A stretch of DNA of 64,000 bases. Source: Eledone cirrhosa. Taxonomy: Eukaryota. Location: positions 1,612,001-1,676,000 of the forward strand of contig OZ024749.1 in NCBI GenBank assembly GCA_964016885.1, written 5' to 3'. The notes under the pieces were generated by a model that saw only the letters and a program-made list of their open reading frames with translations, was not told where the DNA came from and made no database searches. The translations under genes were made by a program, and so were the position numbers. How positions within the stretch are numbered: the first letter of the stretch is position 1; every line of letters begins with the position of its first letter. This document shows positions 52,801-64,000 of the stretch, piece after piece.

Positions 52801-53341
52801 GAAAGAAGTCTTGAAGGAACAGTTAAAAACAAATGAAACTGGAGAGGAACTATTTCAAAGTAAACTGAAAGAGCATGAAATTTCTCTGAATGAGAGCATC
52901 TCAAAGACAGTCTCCTTAGAAGAATCAGTAAATAAGTTAGTCCAAGAGAAAGAGATTGTTATGGAAGAAAAGTCAGAGTTAATCACTACATTAGAAAATG
53001 AAAAAGATTGTTCGAGGCAGCTATTGGATGAGACCAAACAGCTTCTTGAAGAAGAATTGAACAGTTTGAAAAATATCAATCAAGAACTCAATAAAGAAAT
53101 GGAAAAATCTGACGGTCTTCGTATTGAATATGAGGAGAAATTATCTAAACTCAATGAAGACATATCTAGACTGTCAGATAAAGTTTCTAGCTATGAGGAG
53201 GAAATTGAGAAACTAAAAAGCTCCAAGACTGAACAAGTATCTAAACTAGAATCAACAATAAGTGTACTGACAGAACAAGTGGAATCTCTCAGTTCAGACC
53301 TTAAGTCTTTGAAGGATGAAGAGAACCAGAGAAGAACTAGT
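49808..53341 (+). CDS. Giant 3534-nt exon encoding 1178 aa of E/K/L-rich coiled coil (stalk resembling CENP-E, golgins or centrosomal proteins; family not determined)
   Basis: Lies within the 1208-aa ORF 49781-53407. Acceptor ttattccag|GCC and donor ACT AGT|gtaagt, phase 0-0. Continuous heptad pattern with no catalytic motif seen. Confidence 0.93.
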
Positions 53342-53691
53342 GTAAGTATTGCTGTACCTGCTACTCATCAGATAACCTTTTTGTTTTTCTGTTCGGTGGT
53401 GGATTAAGGTAAGTTGGTTGGCTTACCTCACAAGTCAATGGTCAGGGGGTTCATAAATATTTAACACTTAACATTCTATAATGATTTAGCAGAAAAGATG
53501 TAAAAACTGGTTTGTTAATTCAAATGTTTGTAGTATCTTGAATGATGTTAAGAGTTGACTCTTAACATCATTTAGCAGAAAATACTGAAAAATGGGTTTG
53601 TTAATTCATAAGTTTAAAGAGTGGACAGATTGTGAAACCTCGCAGTCAACTATAAGGAAAGACTTTAATTTTGAATGTGAAGCAATATATA

Positions 53692-53734
<43 letters not shown>

Positions 53735-53738
<4 letters not shown>

Positions 53739-55665
53739 TCATCATCATCTTCATTTAATGTCCATCTTCCACGTTAGCATGGGTTAGATGGGAGTTGTCC
53801 CACTTGAGGCAAGGTTGGTCGGGTGACTGTGTCTCGCTCGTATAGGACTATCTGGCAGGTTTTCTACGACTGGATGCCTTTCCTAACACCAACCACATTT
53901 ACGGTGTGGAACTGGGAACTTTTTATCGTGTTACCTAAACGGCCACATTACAGCGAGGACTGTGTTTTTTTGTTGTGACTCTACACGATCTCGATCTCAT
54001 TCTCATTTATTTGGACTGGATGTTGTGGTACCAACTTTACAGAGAGAGGGTGGTGTTGGTGGGAGTGGGAGGATAGGGTGGGTGGGTGGATTGGGGTGTA
54101 TATTTGGTTAAGAGGTGCCTACTGACTGTAGGTTTCGCTTTGTACTTAGGCAAGGCGGGTCTTCTGTATTACTGCGTAGCGTCAAAGATCTCGGTCCAGT
54201 GACATTGTCTTAGAGAGGTGAAAGAGTGCGAGTTCGGAATTTATCAAATCGTCCCAGGTTTTTTTGGGTCTGCCTACTCCGTAACTTCCATCAATCTTGA
54301 TCACCCTGCACTTTTTTATACAGCTGTCGCCTTTCATGCGCATCACGTGACCATACCAACGTAGTCTTCTCTCGATTAACAGCATCTGATCCCTCTTATT
54401 CCTAATTTCTCACTTAGTTCATTTATGCTTTGCTGTTCACGTATATTACTATTACACATCCAACGGAGCATGCATGCTTCGTTCCTCTCCAGTCTGCGCA
54501 GATTCTCTGCACACACTGCCCATGTCTCACTGCCATGTTACATTGCTGTTCGTATGCAGGCATTATACAGTCTGCCTTTCATTTTTAGAGAGAAACCTTT
54601 TGTGGCCAACAAAAAACACACAGTCCACGCTGTAATGTGGCCGTGTAGGTAACACGGTAAAAACCTCCCAGTCCACACTGTAAACGTGGTTGGTGTTAGG
54701 AAGGGCATCCAGCCGTAGAAAACCCGCCAGACAGTCCTATGCGAGCAAGACAACCACTCTTGCCTCAAGTGGGAAAACTCCCGTCCAAACCCATGCAAGT
54801 GTGGAAGATGGACGTTAAACGATGATGATGATGATGATGATTGGTATAAGCTCTCTGAACTTTTTCTATCCCGTTCTGACTCTAGCTACTGTACTTTCAG
54901 AGCACCATCCACCACTGCTAATTTTGTCACCCAGGTAACGGAAAGTGTCCACTATTTCTATAGAACCAGTAGAAGGAGCTAGTATCCTGTGGGCACTTGC
55001 TACTTATTGCACCTGAGCATTGGCCACATATAATATCTACGTTCTTAGATAGTTTACCTGTGATCCCACTACATCTTTTATGTCCCTGTAGTTTGCATTT
55101 GGGACATAAAATGGAATTTCTGCCTGCTCCTTTCCTACACACTGAGCATGGCCATTTCTCTGAGGGCACCTGTGCCCTATTTCCCTTTCTACAAACTAGA
55201 ACTTTAGTCTTAGACAAGTTAACTTTAAGGCCTTTTGATTCTAGGCCATTCTTCCATGTTTGGAATTTCTTCTCTAGTTCAGCCATTGATTCAGCTATGA
55301 GCGTTAGATCATCTGCATATAGGAGTTCCCATGGGCAGCCGGTCTTCAACTCCTCTGTTATAGCCTGAAGGGCAATAATAAATAGTAGGGGGCTAAGAAC
55401 GGAGCCCTGATGAACACCAACTTTTACGCTAAACTCTTCACTATATTCGTTATTAATTCTAACCTTTTCTGACTGTTTCTCTATACATGGCTTGTATAGC
55501 TCTCACAAGCCATTCGTCAACACCTAGTTTTCTAAGAGCCCACCAGATAATGGAGTGGGGAACTCTGTCAAAGGCTTTCTCCAAGTCAACAAAAGCTAAG
55601 TATAGGGGTTTACTTTTAGCTAGGTACTCTCCTGTAGTTGTCGTACAATGAAAAGAGCGTCTGTG
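53735..55665 (-). mobile_element. RTE family A, RT through 3' tail, with a nested opposite-strand 3'-UTR copy at 54610-54841
   Basis: [40 protein letters not shown]. Confidence 0.92.
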
Positions 55666-55666
55666 G

Positions 55667-55738
<72 letters not shown>

Positions 55739-55750
55739 GGAAAAGGTATG

Positions 55751-55846
55751 ACCCTGATGGCAGAGCTCAAGCCGTTTCGACGGCTATTTCTGGACTAAAT
55801 TAGAATTTTTAGCCTGGTAAATAAATAGCTGAACTTATCAAGGGGT
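55751..55846 (-). ncRNA. Decayed type I hammerhead with stable stem III; related 3' half at 34950-34987
   Basis: ACCCC-TTGATAA-gttcaGCTATTT...AAATAGCcgtc-GAAAC-GGCTTGAGCTCTGCC-ATC-AGGGT. The 34950 copy keeps GAAACGGCT-TGAGCTC-AGCCGTC-GGGGT. Confidence 0.5.
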
Positions 55847-56686
55847 ACTTCCTTATATGGGAAGATTGTAGTTGTCAAGAGGAATGGTCAAAATTTGTTG
55901 TAAAGACAAATATATCTATCATGGCAGTTGGTGGAGGTAGGGGTGGCTGAACTTGCCTGTAGAGCAAAGAGGGAGTGAGTAAAGCCAGTCAGGCGTTGAA
56001 AGTGAAATCTATACAGCAGATGAAAAGTCGAAAAATTGTTCTGGAGAAAAGGAGGAGGGGAGTTTAAAGAATAGGTAAGTCGATTGGGAGTAGGAGACAA
56101 TGAAAAAAAAAATATATATATATCTATATATATAAAATTAGATAGTGACATACTATCCGAAACCCGGTCTGGCGACATGCCACTACACTTTCGGGCCACA
56201 TCTGAGACTTCAAGGATAATGATGTTGACTTGTTCTTCTTTTTGGTAAATACCATCTTGGTTAAGAGAGTGGGACTGGCTTTGTGCAGTGCCTTTGCTCA
56301 CTATAAAAGCTTCATGGCACAGGCATTGCTTTATATCTGGAGATCTCTCTGCACTTGTCATCACATGGTACCATGGGCCCTGCACTATGTGTCAATAATG
56401 GTCACAAGTGTAGTCTTTGTACCAGAGTTTTCAAGTCGCTGGCTGGACTAAAGTCACATTCGTTCAGCGCATCGGTGGGGGTTCTCCTACATGGATATAA
56501 AGTAGTGGCCGTACTCGAAAACGAGTTGGCAGCCACCATATATGTATGTATGTATATATATATGTATGTATGTATATATATATATGTATGTATGTATATA
56601 TATATATGTATGTATGTATATATATATATGTATGTATGTATGTATATATATATATGTATGTATGTATATATATATATGTATGTATA

Positions 56687-56719
<33 letters not shown>

Positions 56720-57136
56720 ATATATGTATGTATGTATGTATGTATATATATGTATGTATGTATGTATATATATATGTATGTATATATATATATGTATGTA
56801 TGTATGTATATATATGTATGTATGTATGTATATATATGTATGTATGTATGTATATATATATATGTATGTATGTATGTATGTATATATATGTATGTATGTA
56901 TATATATGTATGTATGTATGTATGTATATATATGTATGTATGTATGTATATATATATATGTATGTATGTATATATATATATATATATGTATGTATATATA
57001 TATATGTATGTGTATATATATGTATGTATGTATATATATATATGTGTATATATATATATGTATGTATGTATATATATATATATGTATGTGTATATATATA
57101 TATGTATATATATATGTATGTGTATATATATATATG

Positions 57137-57167
<31 letters not shown>

Positions 57168-57224
57168 GTATGTATATATATATATATGTATGTATATATA
57201 TATGTATGTGTATATATATATATG

Positions 57225-57255
<31 letters not shown>

Positions 57256-57296
57256 GTATGTATATATATATATATGTATGTATATATATATGTATG

Positions 57297-57328
<32 letters not shown>

Positions 57329-57406
57329 TGTATGTATATATATATATATATATATGTATGTATATATATATATATGTATGTATATATATATATATGTATG
57401 TATATG

Positions 57407-58013
57407 TCAGGTCACCAGTTGGTGCTACTGGTAACATGTATCCCAGTACAACCTGTCTCATGGTCGGGTCGTTGGCGACTAAACTGGCAACCCCACCAAG
57501 GTTTCTTGGTGAGGAGGGTGACTTTGGACATCCTGCAGGACTAAAAACAAAACCTGTCAAAGGGCAAGGGAGCTCTTAAGAGTCAATAGCCATCCAAAAT
57601 CACTGGGAGAGATGACCCCTTAGCCTTTGTCAAGGCAGAATTCTAGGAGAAGGAAAACTCTGATATAACACCTGCAACCCTGATGGTATCCAATGATGTT
57701 GACTTGTTCTTCTTTTTGGTAAATATCATCTTGGTTAAGAGAGTGGGACTGGCTTTGTGCAGTGCCTTTGCTCACTATAAAAGCTTCACAGCACAGGCAT
57801 TGCTTTATATCTGGAGATCTCTCTGCACTTGTCATCACATGGTACCATGGGCCCTGCACTATGTGTCAATAATGGTCACAAGTGTAGTCTTTGTACCAGA
57901 GTTTTCAAGTCGCTGGCTGGACTAAAAAGTCACATTCGTTCAGCGCATCGGTAGGGGTTCTCCTACATGGATATAAAGTAGTGGCCGTACTCGAAAACGA
58001 GTTGGCAGCCACC
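57407..58013 (+). mobile_element. Internally deleted RTE/BovB-like element with C-terminal C2H2 remnant and (ATGT)n tail; further copies at 56218-56537 and 61824-62275
   Basis: [19 protein letters not shown]. All three copies end GTTGGCAGCCACC immediately before a (TATG/TA)n array. Confidence 0.6.
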
Positions 58014-58260
58014 ATGTATGTATATATATATATATATATATGTATGTATATATATATATATATATATGTATGTATATATATATATATGTATGTATATATA
58101 TATATATGTATGTATATATATATATATGTATGTATATATATATATATATGTATGTATATATATATATATATATATGTATGTATATATATATGTATGTATA
58201 TATATATATATATGTATGTGTATATATATATATGTATGTATATATATATATATATGTATG

Positions 58261-58291
<31 letters not shown>

Positions 58292-58440
58292 ATATATATG
58301 TATGTATATATATATATATATGTATGTGTATATATATATATGTATGTGTATATATATATGTATGTGTATATATATATATATGTATGTGTATATATATATA
58401 TATGTATGTGTATATATATATATATATGTATGTGTATATA

Positions 58441-58483
<43 letters not shown>

Positions 58484-58724
58484 TGCTAGGGAAAGGATCA
58501 GGGGTGTATAACACTCCACTTATCCAGCAGGCAGTATCCAGCAGGCAGTATGACAGCACACCGCCCAACTGTGACAGATAGCACCCCTTATTTTTATTTT
58601 TATTTTTATTTTCACTTTTATTTTTATTTACTTTTTATTCTTATCCTCTATCGTCTATTATTACCTTTCATTCTTCAATGTCTTGGATTTGTTATTGCTT
58701 GTATGGTATGTAATTTAACCTTTA

Positions 58725-58770
58725 TGTTCTGATGAGTCCCACTTATAGTGTGGATGAAACAATGTTAGCA
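58725..58770 (+). ncRNA. Minimal type I hammerhead ribozyme with canonical core
   Basis: TGTT-CTGATGA-GTCCCAC-TTATA-GTGtGGAT-GAAAC-AAT-GTT-AGCA; lies in a 330-bp island between (TA)n arrays. Confidence 0.72.
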
Positions 58771-58854
58771 AGTAAAGATATGCATATGCTATAAGCGTTC
58801 TTTGTTATTTATTTATTATATATATATATATATATATGTATGTATATATATATG

Positions 58855-58899
<45 letters not shown>

Positions 58900-59234
58900 A
58901 TATATATGTATGTATATATATATGTATGTATATATATATGTATGTATATATATATATGTATGTATATATATATATGTATGTATATATATATGTATGTATA
59001 TATATATGTATGTATATATATATGTATGTATATATATATGTATGTATATATATATGTATGTATATATATATATGTATGTATATATATATATGTATGTATA
59101 TATATATGTATGTATATATATATGTACATATATATGTATATATATATAAGTGTATATATATATATGTATGTATATATATATATATGTATATATATATGTA
59201 TGTATATATATATATATGTATATATATATGTATG

Positions 59235-59265
<31 letters not shown>

Positions 59266-59284
59266 GTATATATATATATGTATG

Positions 59285-59315
<31 letters not shown>

Positions 59316-59320
59316 GTATG

Positions 59321-59351
<31 letters not shown>

Positions 59352-59370
59352 GTATGTATATATATATATG

Positions 59371-59455
<85 letters not shown>

Positions 59456-59534
59456 GTATGTATGTATATATATATGTATATATGTATGTATGTATATATA
59501 TATGTATATATGTATGTATGTATATATATATGTA

Positions 59535-59567
<33 letters not shown>

Positions 59568-59578
59568 ATATATATGTA

Positions 59579-59611
<33 letters not shown>

Positions 59612-60754
59612 ATATATATGTATATATATATGTATGTATATATGTATGTATATATATATGTATATATATATGTATGTATATATGTATGTATATATATATG
59701 TATATATATATGTATGTATGTATATATATATGTATGTATGTATATATGTATGTATGTATATATATATGTATGTATGTATATATATATGTATGTATATATA
59801 TATATATGTATGTATATATATATATATATGTATGTATATATATATGTATGTATGTATATATATATGTATGTATATATATATATATGTATGTATATATATA
59901 TATATGTATGTATATATATATATATATGTATGTATATATATATATATGTGTATGTATATATATATATATGTATGTATGTATATATATATATATATGTATG
60001 TATATGTATGTATATATATATATATGTATGTATGTATATATATATATATGTATGTATATATATATATATGTATGTATATATATATATATGTATGTATATA
60101 TATATATATGTATGTATATATATATATATGTATGTATATATATATATATGTATGTATATATATATATATGTATGTATATATATATGTATGTATGTATATA
60201 TATGTATGTGTATGTATATATATGTATGTGTATGTATATATGTATGTATGTACATATATATATATGTATGTGTATGTATATATATATATGTATGTATGTG
60301 TATGTATATATATATATGTATGTATGTGTATGTATATATATATATGTATGTATGTATATATATATGTATGTATGTATATATATATATGTATGTATGTGTA
60401 TGTATATATATATATGTATGTATGTATATATATATGTATGTATGTGTATATATATATATATGTATGTATGTGTATATATATATATATGTATGTATATATA
60501 TATATATGTATGTATGTATATATATATATGTATGTATATATATATATATATATATGCATGTATATATATATATATATGTATGTATATATATATATATGTA
60601 TGTATATATATATATATGTATGTATGTATATATATATGTATGTATGTATATATATATGTATGTATATATATATGTATGTATGTATATATATATATATGTA
60701 TGTATGTATATATATATGTATGTATGTATATATATATGTATATATATATGTATG

Positions 60755-60790
<36 letters not shown>

Positions 60791-60846
60791 TATGTATGTA
60801 TATATATATGTATGTATGTATATATATATGTATATATATATGTATG

Positions 60847-60907
<61 letters not shown>

Positions 60908-60952
60908 GTATGTATGTATATATATATGTATGTATGTATATATATATGTATG

Positions 60953-60985
<33 letters not shown>

Positions 60986-61340
60986 ATATATATGTATGTA
61001 TATATATATATATGTATGTATGTATATATATATGTATGTATATATATATATATGTATGTATATATATATATATGTATGTATATATATATATATGTATGTA
61101 TATATATATATATATGTATGTATATATATATATATGTATGTATATATATATATATGTATGTATATATATATATATGTATGTATATATATATATATGTATG
61201 TATATATATATATATATGTATGTATATATATATATATATATATGTATGTATATATATATATGTATATATATGTATATATATATATGTATATATATGTATA
61301 TATATATGTATGTATGTATATATGTATATATATATGTATG

Positions 61341-61383
<43 letters not shown>

Positions 61384-61388
61384 GTATG

Positions 61389-61421
<33 letters not shown>

Positions 61422-61454
61422 GTATGTATGTATATATATATGTATGTATGTATG

Positions 61455-61487
<33 letters not shown>

Positions 61488-61602
61488 ATATATATCTATA
61501 TATATATATATGTATGTATATATATATCTATATATATATATATGTATGTATATATATATCTATATATATATATATGTATGTATATATATATATATATATA
61601 TG

Positions 61603-61641
<39 letters not shown>

Positions 61642-61662
61642 ATATATATATATATATGTATG

Positions 61663-61699
<37 letters not shown>

Positions 61700-62484
61700 A
61701 TATATATGTATGTATATATATATGTATGTATATATATATGTATGTATATATATATGTATGTATATATATATGTATGTATATATATATGTATGTATATATA
61801 TATGTATGTATATATATATGTATGGGCAAGGGAGCTCTCAAGACTCAATAGCCATCCAAAATCACCGGGAGAGATGACCCCTTAGCCTTTGTCAAGGCAG
61901 AATTCTAGGAGAAGGAAAACTCTGATATAACACCTGCAACCCTGATGGTATCCAATGATGTTGACTTGTTCTTCTTTTTGGTAAATATCATCTTGGTTAA
62001 GAGAGTGGGACTGGCTTTGTGCAGTGCCTTTGCTCACTATAAAAGCTTCACAGCACAGGCATTGCTTTATATCTGGAGATCTCTCTGCACTTGTCATCCC
62101 ATGGTACCATGGGCCCTGCACTATGTGTCAATAATGGTCACAAGTGTAGTCTTTGTACCAGAGTTTTCAAGTCGCTGGCTGGTCTAAAAAGTCACATTCG
62201 TTCAGCGCATCGGTAGGGGTTCTCCTACATGGATATAAAGTAGTGGCCGTACTCGAAAACGAGTTGGCAGCCACCATGTATATATATATATGTATGTATA
62301 TATATATGTATGTATATATATATGTGTGTATATATGTATGTATATATATATGTGTGTATATATATATATATATATGTATGTATGTGTATATATATATATA
62401 TGTATGTATGTGTATATATATATATGTATGTATATGTATGTATGTATATATATATATATATATATGTATGTATATGTATGTATG

Positions 62485-62515
<31 letters not shown>

Positions 62516-62526
62516 ATGTATGTATG

Positions 62527-62557
<31 letters not shown>

Positions 62558-62716
62558 ATATATATATATATATGTATGTATATATATATATATATATGTA
62601 TGTATGTGTATATATATATATATGTATGTATATATATGTATATATGTATGTATATATATGTATATATGTATGTATGTATATGTATGTATGTATGTATGTA
62701 TATATATGTATGTATG

Positions 62717-62747
<31 letters not shown>

Positions 62748-62898
62748 ATGTATATATATATGTATGTATATATATATATATGTATGTATGTATATATATA
62801 TGTATGTATGTATATATATATGTATGTATGTATATATATATATATGTATGTATGTATATATATATGTATGTATGTATATATATATGTATATATGTATG

Positions 62899-62953
<55 letters not shown>

Positions 62954-62978
62954 GTATGTATGTATATATATATGTATG

Positions 62979-63009
<31 letters not shown>

Positions 63010-63042
63010 ATATATATGTATGTATGTATATATATATGTATG

Positions 63043-63073
<31 letters not shown>

Positions 63074-63494
63074 ATATATATGTATGTATGTATATATATA
63101 TGTATGTATATATATATATATGTATGTATATATATATGTATGTATGTATATATATATATATGTATGTATATATATATATATGTATGTATATATATATATA
63201 TATATATGTATGTATATATATATATGTATATATATGTATATATATATATGTATGTATATATATTTATATATATATGTATGTATATATATATATATGTATA
63301 TATATATGTATGTATGTATATATATATATATATATATGTATGTATATATATATCTATATATATATATATGTATGTATATATATATCTATATATATATATA
63401 TGTATGTATATATATATCTATATATATATATATGTATGTATATATATATCTATATATATATATATGTATGTATATATATAAATATATATGTATG

Positions 63495-63557
<63 letters not shown>

Positions 63558-63922
63558 ATATATATTTGTATGTATATATATATGTATGTATATATATATG
63601 TATGTATATATATATGTATGTATATATATATGTATGTATATATATATGTATGTATATATATATGTATGTATATATATATGTATGTATATATATATGTATG
63701 TATATATATATGTATGTATATATATATGTATGTATATATATATGTATGTATATATATATGTATGAATATATATATGTATGTATATATATATGTATGTATA
63801 TATATATGTGTGTATATATGTATATATATATGTGTATATATATATATATATATGTATGTATGTGTATATATATATATATGTATGTATGTGTATATATATA
63901 TATGTATGTATATGTATGTATG

Positions 63923-63957
<35 letters not shown>

Positions 63958-63960
63958 ATG

Positions 63961-64000
<40 letters not shown>

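Larger units (their letters stand above)
56538..64000. repeat. Very long compound (TA)n/(TATG)n arrays (56538-57405, 58014-58480, 58817-61823, 62276-64000)
   Basis: Visible directly. Confidence 0.97.

Noticed and set aside
49959-53079. Antisense Ser/Phe-rich ORFs over the giant exon
   Set aside because: Shadow frames of GAA/AAA-rich coding sequence
49781-53407. Treating the 1208-aa ORF as a stand-alone intronless gene
   Set aside because: It starts at TTG, and strong splice sites at 49807/53342 and phase-matched upstream exons indicate an internal exon
56355-63765. ORFs up to 1013 aa rich in Y/I/C/M/V (also at 17948-20336)
   Set aside because: Translations of (TA)/(TATG)n microsatellites, which lack stop codons; not genes

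Overview
This is eukaryotic, AT-rich, mostly intronic animal DNA. The repeat content (tRNA-derived SINEs, RTE LINEs with (GAT)n tails, very long (TA)/(TATG)n arrays) suggests an octopus or other coleoid cephalopod; this is inference. One + strand host gene crosses the window as phase-compatible exons: 5914-5967 (tentative), 15059-15135, 23064-23168, 36950-37054 (GC donor), 38186-38362 and a 3.5-kb exon at 49808-53341. It encodes part of a very long acidic coiled-coil protein. The introns hold decayed RTE and Tx1/L1 LINEs, Penelope-like elements (PLEs), Helitrons, MITEs, SINEs and mini/microsatellites. The most striking structure not shown by the ORF track is about a dozen type I hammerhead-ribozyme folds from several unrelated PLE-type families. 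Several sit inside long near-perfect inverted repeats (arms of 91, ~135, 297 and 429 bp) next to (TA)n tracts. All long Y/I/C/M-rich ORFs are microsatellite artefacts. Folds and family calls were read by eye; no searches were run.
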